Assembly (NCBI GenBank): GCA_048939015.1
Contig: JBHLPW010000038.1
Coordinates: 1-52,458 of the forward strand
DNA: 52,458 nucleotides
Direction: 5' to 3'
Source of the DNA: Promethearchaeota archaeon
GTDB lineage: Archaea; Asgardarchaeota; Lokiarchaeia; Sigyniarchaeales; SOKP01
Made by a program: the position numbers and the translations under genes
Part shown: positions 38,774 to 47,647 of the stretch, piece after piece
Numbering within the stretch: the first letter of the stretch is position 1
Layout: each line of letters begins with the position of its first letter
Notes under the pieces: generated by a model
Database searches by the model: none
What the model was told of the DNA's origin: nothing
What the model saw: the letters and a program-made list of their open reading frames with translations, nothing else

Positions 38774-39559
38774 GTGCCAGAAAAAGAAAACAATTTTGAG
38801 GATATAAATCAAAAAAGTACAAAAGAATTCATTGAAAATATATCAAAATTTAATCCTCCAGTAGACAATAATATAAAGTATGCGATTTATTGTGAAGAAT
38901 TAGTTAAAGATTATGAGATTGGGGACTTTATTGTTAGAGCCGTTGATAATATTTCTCTCTCAATTCTCAATGGAGAATTCTTGGTTATTAAAGGTCCTAG
39001 TGGTGCGGGTAAAACTTCACTTTTAAATCTATTAGGTGGATTAGATTCTCCTAATAAGGGAGTTATTTTTAATTTTGGTGTTAAGATCTCAGATATGGAT
39101 GAAGAATCATTAACGACATGGCGTTTATTAAATTCAGGATTTGTTTTTCAGAATTATAATTTAATTAGCACCTTAACAGCTGAGGAAAATGTCATGTTTC
39201 CTATGAATCTTTCAGGTGTTGACTTTAAGATGCAAAGGGAACGTGCAAAAGAACTATTGAGGAGAATGGGACTTAGTGAAAGGAGAGAACATTTACCATT
39301 TCAATTATCTGCAGGTGAACAACAACGAGTAGCAATTGCAAGAGCATTAGCAAATAATCCACCAATGATTATTGCTGACGAACCAACAGCAAATTTAGAT
39401 AAGACTACAAGTAAGTTCATTCAAGAACTTTTTACAGAATTGAAAGATAAAGTTAGGACAATTATTATAGCAACTCATGATGATTTTTTAATAAGCTTGG
39501 CTGATAGGGTAATTACTTTTGACGATGGAAAAATTATAAAAGAAGAAATAATGAATTAA
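38774..39559 (+). CDS. ABC transporter ATP-binding protein (LolD/MacB type)
   Basis: GPSGAGKT, GFVFQNYNL, LSAGEQQRVAIARAL, ADEPTANLD. Confidence 0.95.
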   Translation: MPEKENNFEDINQKSTKEFIENISKFNPPVDNNIKYAIYCEELVKDYEIGDFIVRAVDNISLSILNGEFLVIKGPSGAGKTSLLNLLGGLDSPNKGVIFNFGVKISDMDEESLTTWRLLNSGFVFQNYNLISTLTAEENVMFPMNLSGVDFKMQRERAKELLRRMGLSERREHLPFQLSAGEQQRVAIARALANNPPMIIADEPTANLDKTTSKFIQELFTELKDKVRTIIIATHDDFLISLADRVITFDDGKIIKEEIMN

Positions 39560-39586
39560 ATCGAAAATTAAGAATAGAAATATAAG

Positions 39587-41494
39587 ATGTCCGCTCTCGA
39601 TTTTGCTTTAAAAGACCTCTACAGGAAGAGACAATCAAATTATCCATTTCTTTTAATTATTACTATAATTATTGCGCTTACAGAATTTTTAATATATTTT
39701 ACATCATCAATCGGATTAAACATTTTTTATCAAACTGCTTTTATGAATAGGTTTTATTTCTCTGGAGGAATTAGTTCTATGTATAAACAATTCAATTCTT
39801 TGATCCAAATAATTTTAATAATTTTAACAATTGCAATTGTAATTACTGTTACAACTACACTAGTTATCTCTAAAAAAAGAGATATTGCTATTATGAAAGC
39901 TTTAGGTACTCTCCCCAGAAAATTATATAGCTTTTACTTACTCGAAAGTTATATCTTATATTTTATTGGATTTTTATTTGGATTAATCCTGGGATTAGTA
40001 GCTTTTGGAGTGTTTGCTTTAATAATGATTTTCATTAATTTTCCAATCATTATACAAATCGATTTATTTTATACCCCCATTTTATTTTTTTGTTGTATTT
40101 TAGGTATTTTTTTCTTTACAGGATATACTCTTAGAAAAATTGGGAGACAAAATATTATTAACACATTCTCGAAAGATTTACCATATGACTATGATGCCTC
40201 TAAACAAATAAACTTTATCCCTAAATGGTTAATCTCGATTGGATTTAATATAAAAATGGCGATAGTTAATACATTGAGGAAAAAGGGAGAATTTAGAAGA
40301 TATTTATTTATCTTTTCAATAATCGGTCTAGTGATTTTTACTTTAGGTTTGGGGACAATTGTTTTAAGGACAACAACTCAGAAGTGGATTAATAGTTCTC
40401 AAAATGAAAATATAATAATAATTGGGCACATAGATGTTTTAAATAGTTATTCATCAATGTATAGAATGTTTTCTGAACCTAATTTAATCATTGAAGAGTC
40501 TAATATTAACTTCTTAGAACCACATTATTTATTTAATCTTAGTGATGTAAATGAACTGTTTAATATTAGCGAAGTTGAAAAAATTGATGAAAGGTTAGTT
40601 AATTTCTACAGTGTGGAAGAAATTCCCGGAATTATTATACATGAAGATGATTCATATGAGATTATAGGGCAACATAGAACAGAGATTATTCCAATTATTG
40701 GTATTAATCCTGATAATTTAATTCAAAATTTTGAGACCGAGGGAGCATTTTTTACCAATGAAGATGCTTATTATAATATGAGTGTAGGAGATGGGCTAGC
40801 TAATAATTTATTTGATTATGCAATATATCAAAGTTTAAGACTTGATTTAATTGGATCAACATTTCACATTAGTGGCGTGGTTATTGATAGCTTATATTCA
40901 GGATGGGCAGGATATGTAGGATTAGATATTATTCAGCAAGCTCTAAATTTATCATCAGAAATTAATCTTATTTCAATAAAAATACAAGATGGCGCATATA
41001 GTAAGATAGAAAATTCACTTGAAAATATTTCAGATTCTATCGGAGAGAATTTTACTTACTTAAAATTAGATGAAATTTTTCAAAGCAATTTAGATTTCTT
41101 GAGTAATTTATCATTATACCCGATATCTTTGATTATTGTGATTTCAATATTAAGTATATTATCATTATATAATTATCAGAAAGCAGGAATAATGGAAAAG
41201 GCAAAAGATTTCCTAATTATGCGCGCTATAGGCTCAAAAACATCATCCTTGAAAAGAATTCTCTTTTTGGAGTCAATTTTTATTCTTCTGCCCTCTTTAC
41301 TTCTAAGTCTAGCAATAGGAATGATAGTAAATTCTTTATTTTTGTTTAATCGAGTCTTTTTACCACCTTTGTATGTTCCATTTATAGTTTTTTTAATTTT
41401 GTTTGTAATTTTTATCATATTTAATTTTTTAAGCACTTTTCCAATTATTAAGAAAATTAATAACTTTACAGTAAAAGATTTTACAATGTATTAA
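39587..41494 (+). CDS. FtsX/MacB-like ABC permease with two permease domains
   Basis: KKRDIAIMKALG and KDFLIMRAIGS motifs, multi-TM, follows the ATPase gene. Confidence 0.88.
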   Translation: MSALDFALKDLYRKRQSNYPFLLIITIIIALTEFLIYFTSSIGLNIFYQTAFMNRFYFSGGISSMYKQFNSLIQIILIILTIAIVITVTTTLVISKKRDIAIMKALGTLPRKLYSFYLLESYILYFIGFLFGLILGLVAFGVFALIMIFINFPIIIQIDLFYTPILFFCCILGIFFFTGYTLRKIGRQNIINTFSKDLPYDYDASKQINFIPKWLISIGFNIKMAIVNTLRKKGEFRRYLFIFSIIGLVIFTLGLGTIVLRTTTQKWINSSQNENIIIIGHIDVLNSYSSMYRMFSEPNLIIEESNINFLEPHYLFNLSDVNELFNISEVEKIDERLVNFYSVEEIPGIIIHEDDSYEIIGQHRTEIIPIIGINPDNLIQNFETEGAFFTNEDAYYNMSVGDGLANNLFDYAIYQSLRLDLIGSTFHISGVVIDSLYSGWAGYVGLDIIQQALNLSSEINLISIKIQDGAYSKIENSLENISDSIGENFTYLKLDEIFQSNLDFLSNLSLYPISLIIVISILSILSLYNYQKAGIMEKAKDFLIMRAIGSKTSSLKRILFLESIFILLPSLLLSLAIGMIVNSLFLFNRVFLPPLYVPFIVFLILFVIFIIFNFLSTFPIIKKINNFTVKDFTMY

Positions 41495-41613
41495 TGATTT
41501 TATTTGAAAAAATTGAAAATGATAAAGTTGATTAGTAGACATTAATAAGTTAAATTTTAATTTCTAAAATTGTATTAATAAATTAATTTCTAATAAATTA
41601 GTGATTCTTTTCT

Positions 41614-42930
41614 ATGATTGAGGATGCTTTAAGAAATAAAATCAGAGAATTAGAGTCAGAATTAGAGAAAAGGGATCAAGAAATCGAACATCTCGATGAT
41701 GTTATAGAAGAATTACAGGATAAAATAATAGAATTGGAAGATCTCAGAAAATTAGAAGAAGGGGCAAATAAAAAAAGTAAAAAAATACAAGCAGCAGAAA
41801 CAAGATTTGCCTATGAACTCGAAGAAAAGGATAGGCAAATACGAGAATTAAAAAATAACATGGGTTTCTTGAGAAAAGAAAAAGTACAACTTCAACAAGA
41901 ATTAGAAAGAATAAAGTCCGAGAGTAAGGATTCATCTGTTATTAGAGTAGAAGATTTAAGAAGTAAACAACCACTTAATGCTTTAGTTAAGGATTTACAA
42001 GAAACTGTTAATAAACAACGTTCTATAATCAATAAACTGAGGGCTACCAATGCTGATAGTGAAGATTACGCTGAAAAAATTGTTCAAAAGAACGAGCAAA
42101 TTGAAATGTTAAGGGAAGAGATCTCAGGACTAAATCAAAAGCTTAAAGATCTTAGTTCTCAATCCGACAAAGGTAGTGATTCAATTGCTAAGAAATTAAT
42201 TGAGGATCTTCAAAATCAATTAACCAAAGCTAAAAGGCAAATAGTTGATTTAAAACAAGAATTAGAGAAATCTAAAAAAAAAAATAAAAAGAAAGAAAAA
42301 GAAATTCCCAAAGTTGAAGGTTACAAAAAGGATATCAATGAATTAAATGAAAGACTCAAAATAAAAAATAATGAAATTGAAGATCTAAAAAAAGAGATTA
42401 TTATTTTGAAAAAATCAGAAATTGCTACCAAGTTTGAACAAAACGGGAGCCCTTCTGATGATATGATCAAAACATTAAAAGAAGATCTCCAAACCAAGTT
42501 AAACAGGTCGAAAATGCAGATTAAAGCACTTCAAGATGAACTTAGTAAATATGGGAAAGGAACACCAATAGAATCAAGTGATTCTCAAAAAGATTTAGAA
42601 GGGAAACTAAAAATGCAAAGAGAGATGGCAATATTCCTTCAAAAACAATTAGAAACCAAAGAAGGAGAAATTGAAACAATAAAAAATGAGGCTGTACAAA
42701 TAAAATCAAAATACCGACAATTAGAAAATCAATCTCGAGTAAAAGATCAAAAACTTAGTGATTTACAACGCCAGTTAGATTCTATAAACCTTCAAACCCA
42801 AGAACCACTAAAAAGGGAGGATCCTGATTCAGCATTGAGAGTAAGGGAGCTTAAGAATAAAATCGATAATCTTAAAAAACTTAATAATGAACAAAGAATA
42901 GAGATTTCTCAGTTAAGAAAAAAAATCTAA
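41614..42930 (+). CDS. Long coiled-coil protein
   Basis: Heptad-rich K/E/L/Q sequence throughout; no Walker motif or TM. Confidence 0.75.
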   Translation: MIEDALRNKIRELESELEKRDQEIEHLDDVIEELQDKIIELEDLRKLEEGANKKSKKIQAAETRFAYELEEKDRQIRELKNNMGFLRKEKVQLQQELERIKSESKDSSVIRVEDLRSKQPLNALVKDLQETVNKQRSIINKLRATNADSEDYAEKIVQKNEQIEMLREEISGLNQKLKDLSSQSDKGSDSIAKKLIEDLQNQLTKAKRQIVDLKQELEKSKKKNKKKEKEIPKVEGYKKDINELNERLKIKNNEIEDLKKEIIILKKSEIATKFEQNGSPSDDMIKTLKEDLQTKLNRSKMQIKALQDELSKYGKGTPIESSDSQKDLEGKLKMQREMAIFLQKQLETKEGEIETIKNEAVQIKSKYRQLENQSRVKDQKLSDLQRQLDSINLQTQEPLKREDPDSALRVRELKNKIDNLKKLNNEQRIEISQLRKKI

Positions 42931-42937
42931 CTTCATT

Positions 42938-43918
42938 ATGGAATTAATTATTTTAGGAAGTGCCGCTGCAATTCCTATAAAAAATCGAAATTTATCCTCT
43001 ATTGCTATTAAATATAAAAACCAGACTGTTATTTTTGACTGTGGTGAAGATTTCCAACGTAAATTTGCTGAAGCCTCTCTTAAATTTAATAAACCATTAA
43101 AGATCTTTATAACGCATTTTCATGGGGATCATATTATTGGACTCCCTGGATTCTTATTTCGATTAAGCTTAAACGATAGAACGGCACCGTTGATGATCTA
43201 TGGACCTCAAAATTTATTTCTTTATTTATTTCTCCATAGAAAAATTCTAGGATTGAAGGCTAAGTATCCTATTAAGATTTGTGAAATTAACCATGAAACT
43301 GATGAATTAACCGAGTTTGAGGGATTAGATTCAGAGGTACCAAAAAGAACAATCAGGATCGATAATAATATTGTTTTCGATTCTAAACACTTTTCTATAA
43401 AGTATGCTTTAGTGGAACACTCTGTTATTACATATGCGTATGCATTCGTTGAAAAACCTCGCTATGGAAAATTCAACCCAAATAGAGCGAACGAGCTTAA
43501 GATACCCGAGGGTCATCTTTGGAAGACACTCCAAGAGGGAAAGATGATAGAAATTAATGGAAAATCTATTGATCCTCTTAAAGAAGGAATTATCGGTCCA
43601 AAAAGTCCAGGAAGAAAGATAACTTATTCTGGAGATATGAAACCAAGTGATTCTTTGATACATCTAGGAAAAGATTCTGATGTTTTAATTCATGAGGCTA
43701 CTTTTGCAAAATCATTAGCAAAAACTGCTGAAGAAAAACAACATTCAACCTCTGTTGATGCTGCAAATGATGCTATAAGAATGAATGCAAAACAATTGAT
43801 TCTCACTCATATATCTTCACGATATCAAGAAGATGCCGTAAAATTACTCGAAGAAGCTAAAGAGATTTTTCCAAATACTATGTTAGCGGAAGACCTATTA
43901 AAAATTGAATTAAAATAA
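42938..43918 (+). CDS. rnz: Ribonuclease Z
   Basis: FDCGE, ITHFHGDH, exosite GP...GRK, YSGD, HEAT, HS, LTHISSRY. Confidence 0.95.
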   Translation: MELIILGSAAAIPIKNRNLSSIAIKYKNQTVIFDCGEDFQRKFAEASLKFNKPLKIFITHFHGDHIIGLPGFLFRLSLNDRTAPLMIYGPQNLFLYLFLHRKILGLKAKYPIKICEINHETDELTEFEGLDSEVPKRTIRIDNNIVFDSKHFSIKYALVEHSVITYAYAFVEKPRYGKFNPNRANELKIPEGHLWKTLQEGKMIEINGKSIDPLKEGIIGPKSPGRKITYSGDMKPSDSLIHLGKDSDVLIHEATFAKSLAKTAEEKQHSTSVDAANDAIRMNAKQLILTHISSRYQEDAVKLLEEAKEIFPNTMLAEDLLKIELK

Positions 43919-43978
43919 TACAATATTAACATCTAATTATTAAAAAGACGATACAAAAAATCTAATTTAACTTATGAT

Positions 43979-44197
43979 CTAAATTCCACCGGCGATATGG
44001 GGAAGGATAACCACTTCTGATTGTTCATTGATGACGGTATCGGGTGTAGCTTTCTTTCCATCCACTAATATCCCGAAATACTTGTTTTCCAAGTTTAATT
44101 CTTGTAATAGGTCAGCCACGGTCATTGTTTTTTCAGGTTTGAAAGTTTCATACAAACCAGTATCTAATAATTCTGAAACTTGTTTTATACCAATCAC
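43979..44197 (-). CDS. MoaD/ThiS (SAMP-like) ubiquitin-fold protein
   Basis: TVADLLQEL...ILVDG...VVILPHIAGG followed by one extra Ile. Confidence 0.85.
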   Translation of the reverse strand: MIGIKQVSELLDTGLYETFKPEKTMTVADLLQELNLENKYFGILVDGKKATPDTVINEQSEVVILPHIAGGI

Positions 44198-44254
44198 CTA
44201 CAATTTTTTATTATTAATAATATACTCGCTATACTATTTAATATTATTTCTTTA

Positions 44255-44366
44255 GATTTATTCGTTTCAAATTGATGTGAATTAATGTTTTTGAAAAGAA
44301 TCTGGTTGATTTTTTAGTTATTCATATTGTTTTTTTGAATACAAAAAAAAAGAAATGATCTTTTAT
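44255..44366. repeat. Degenerate ~110-bp non-coding direct repeat, copy A
   Basis: Shares colinear blocks with 45647-45758: GATTTATTC, ATTGRTGTGAAT, GTTTTTGAA, AATACA9, GAAATGATCT. Confidence 0.6.
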
Positions 44367-44414
44367 ATGAATTTGATATAATTATTAAAATCTTGAGATA
44401 GCGTGCAATTTATT

Positions 44415-45452
44415 TCAAAATCTTATCCTAGGATCCAGAAATCCATAAAGAATATCAGTTATTAATGTAGTTATAACAAATATTATTGTAATCACAAATA
44501 CTACAGCATTCAGTACCCAATAGTCTTGTTCCCGAATTCCTTCTACTAATGCTAATCCAATTCCATATATACCAAATGTAGTTTCTGTTAAAACCGCACC
44601 AGATAATAATCCAGCAAAATTTAATCCAATTACTGTGGCCGTGGGAATAAGCGCATTCTTTAAAGCATGAGTATGAATTACATCTTTCTCTTTACACCCT
44701 TTTGCCCTCGCGGTTCGTACATAATCTTGTTGCAATACTTCTAACATACTTGAGCGCGTCTGTCTTACGATCCCTGCGATGGTAACAAATGCTAAACAAA
44801 ACACGGGCATTGTAATGTGCCATAGATAATCGATAACCAAATAAAAGTAACCTCCTAATATTGAGTCAATTAAGAAGAATCCTGTTATAAATTCAGGGTC
44901 AGGGTATTGCGCTTGTTTATAGCCAACTATTGGAAAGATTTCCACTTTATAGCCTAGGAAAAATTGCATAAACATTCCCAAGAAGAAAACTGGAACTGAA
45001 ACGCCTATTAATGCAATTCCCCTAAAAATAGTATCTCTCGCTTTATTTCTGTGAGTAGCTGAAATTATCCCAATCTTAATTCCTAAATATGATGCAATTA
45101 ACATTGAAAAAATTGTGAGATCTAAAGTTCGAGGAAGGCGTTTTGCGATAAGCTCCCAGACTGGAGTTCCTGTAGAAACCCCTAGAGAGATGCCCCAATT
45201 CCCTTTAAATAAGTCTGACAAATATCTAAAATACTGATTAATTATTGGTTGATCTAGGCCTAATTCGTGTCGCGTTTGTTCAATTAAAGTTGGATTAATG
45301 TGAGGTACACTTTGTGCTTGTAATAATGCTATAACAGGATCTCCAGGCATCAATCTAGATAGAATAAAAGTTATGGTTAAAGCTCCAAAAACCACTGGAA
45401 TAAGAGAGATAAGCCTCTTTAAGATATATTTCGCCAGACTCATAGCATTCAA
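44415..45452 (-). CDS. dppB: Peptide/nickel ABC transporter permease (DppB/OppB type)
   Basis: MPGDP, LGLDQP..QY, RSSMLEVL.QDYVRTARAKG, LDPRIR. The true start may be ATG at 45443. Confidence 0.92.
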   Translation of the reverse strand: MNAMSLAKYILKRLISLIPVVFGALTITFILSRLMPGDPVIALLQAQSVPHINPTLIEQTRHELGLDQPIINQYFRYLSDLFKGNWGISLGVSTGTPVWELIAKRLPRTLDLTIFSMLIASYLGIKIGIISATHRNKARDTIFRGIALIGVSVPVFFLGMFMQFFLGYKVEIFPIVGYKQAQYPDPEFITGFFLIDSILGGYFYLVIDYLWHITMPVFCLAFVTIAGIVRQTRSSMLEVLQQDYVRTARAKGCKEKDVIHTHALKNALIPTATVIGLNFAGLLSGAVLTETTFGIYGIGLALVEGIREQDYWVLNAVVFVITIIFVITTLITDILYGFLDPRIRF

Positions 45453-45646
45453 ACTTTAATTTTTTACTTTTAAATACTACCATAACATAATAGGCTAGTT
45501 ATGATATTAAATATTTCCAATAGAGGTTATTTATAGTTATACTTTCGGCAATTCTTTGAAAATTCCGAAACTAAGTGGAAGTTTTGAAAAACAGATATAA
45601 AATATTAGAGCAAAAATGTATGTTAAAAAAATTAAGGATAATATTT

Positions 45647-45758
45647 GATTTATTCATATCCCATTGGTGTGAATCAGAGTTTTTGAAGAATTTTTTCTTG
45701 AATTTTTGATATTCTGATTATATTTTTAAATACAAAAAAAAATGAAATGATCTATTAT
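45647..45758. repeat. Degenerate ~110-bp non-coding direct repeat, copy B
   Basis: Colinear match to 44255-44366. Confidence 0.6.
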
Positions 45759-45841
45759 TAGATTTTATGAAAAACCATTTTTTTTTTATTTTTACATTAA
45801 TTTCTATAATTAGGTTTTTGTTGAATTGAGGAGATTTTAAA

Positions 45842-47494
45842 ATTATTGAAGACGAAGAGTTCATAGATTATACAGAGTATTTAGATAAAATAAGAAAATA
45901 TGAATCTAAACTTAAACAGCTAACTGATCCACTAGAGAAAAAAAAAATAATAAAGGAAATGGTTTTAGGCGCAATAAATTTCTCTAAGGAAATTGCTGAA
46001 TCTGGAGAATATTTTGAAGCAGGAGAGTTTCTTTTTTCTGTAGCTGAAATTCTTGAAAATTTTGATTATTCAGAAGCACTTAAGATTTATCGACAAATAA
46101 TTGACCTTTACAAAAAATTAATTGTTGATTTTAAGCTTCAAGCAAAATTACACGAGATAGCCGAGTTATACTTACGAATAGCAGACATTTATCAAGATAA
46201 GATTGAAGATTTGCAATCTGAAGAAAAAAATATCATAAATAGTATTAAATTTCTAAAACAAGAAAGCAAACTTTTAAAGGAGTTTGATGAAACTAGAAAG
46301 CTTGCCCAAAATTATCAAAATATTGCAGAATTATTTCTAAAAATTTCTGATTTTAAAAACGCAATAAAATATTACGAAAAAGTCATAGATATATCAAAAC
46401 CAAATAACTATTTTGATATGTTATCTTACTCTTATCGACAGATTGGATCTTGTTATGAAGAAATTGACGATTATAACAAATCACAAGATATAATTTTAGA
46501 TGGAGTAGAGCATTTCTCTAATTTACTTGCAAAATATGAAGAAAAAAGTGATAAATTAACCTTATCTCAGATTTATCAGATAATGAAGAACCTTAATAAA
46601 ATTTTGGATAAAGAGGAACAATATACTATTTTTTCCAAAAAAGAAGCAGGAGCATATATTGATTTAGCAGAAAAATTGGAAAAAAAAGAAGAGAATTTCA
46701 ATAAAATTGGTAGATATTATCGAGGGGCGGCTCTATGTTATCAAGATATTCAAAATAATTTAATTGAATGTGCTTCTTGCTTTTTATTGGCAGGTAATTT
46801 TTCAGAAAAGATAAATGACTTTAATCAAGCAGCACTAAATTTTGCTGATGGAGCAAATATCTTTAAAGAAATGAAAAACTTTGAAATGGCTTACAAACAT
46901 TTTGTTAAAGCGGGTGATAACTTTTGGAAAGTAGGCAGTATAAATGAGTCCACAGAAAGCTATTTAAATGCTTATGATATAGCTGTGGAAGGAGAATTAG
47001 AGTTTAATAGATTTGGGATTTTTAACCAAATTATCAGAGGTTTAAATAAAATTGCGGAAGAGGGTCTGAAAAATAAACAATTTTTTACAGCCGCTACTCT
47101 TATTTTAGAAAGCATAAAATTCTATGAACAACTAGATACTGCTAAAGATTTCCTTTTACGAGAAATGGTTAATAACCTTTATCGCTACTATTATAGAGCT
47201 GCAAATCTTAAAAAAATAGGTTATTCCCATATTGTGCAAAGCTATGTTCTTGCTTCAATCTCATGTATCCTAACTGGAAAATTAAAGAAAGCTTGGGAGA
47301 TTATTTCCGAAATCGACAGTGAAGGTAATACTGTAAAAAAATATAAAGAAATTATTAAAATAATGATTAAGCAAGTTTCAGAAGGAAAAGAAGTAGTGTT
47401 AGAAATTTTTCCTTACGATTTAAGAAGATTAATAGAAAGTTCAGAAGAAATAACGTTTTTATTGAAATTATTTAAAGGATTTAAAATAAAGTAA
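45842..47494 (+). CDS. TPR/SNAP-like alpha-solenoid protein
   Basis: Repeated A..Y/F..AA helices. The track starts at ATG 45959, but the frame is open for 39 further codons to ATT 45842, which lies 8 nt after SD GAGGAG. Confidence 0.8.
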   Translation: MIEDEEFIDYTEYLDKIRKYESKLKQLTDPLEKKKIIKEMVLGAINFSKEIAESGEYFEAGEFLFSVAEILENFDYSEALKIYRQIIDLYKKLIVDFKLQAKLHEIAELYLRIADIYQDKIEDLQSEEKNIINSIKFLKQESKLLKEFDETRKLAQNYQNIAELFLKISDFKNAIKYYEKVIDISKPNNYFDMLSYSYRQIGSCYEEIDDYNKSQDIILDGVEHFSNLLAKYEEKSDKLTLSQIYQIMKNLNKILDKEEQYTIFSKKEAGAYIDLAEKLEKKEENFNKIGRYYRGAALCYQDIQNNLIECASCFLLAGNFSEKINDFNQAALNFADGANIFKEMKNFEMAYKHFVKAGDNFWKVGSINESTESYLNAYDIAVEGELEFNRFGIFNQIIRGLNKIAEEGLKNKQFFTAATLILESIKFYEQLDTAKDFLLREMVNNLYRYYYRAANLKKIGYSHIVQSYVLASISCILTGKLKKAWEIISEIDSEGNTVKKYKEIIKIMIKQVSEGKEVVLEIFPYDLRRLIESSEEITFLLKLFKGFKIK

Positions 47495-47647
47495 ATAGAC
47501 ACTTTTGTAAAGGCTTTTTCTGCCACTTTAAAACTTAAATATTTAAAATTAGTTCTTTATGTGAGTATTAATAAATATTTTTTAAAATCCCTTATAATAA
47601 TAAAACCTTGTAAAAAATTAATCGAAAAAATCAAAAAGCGGTTAATT

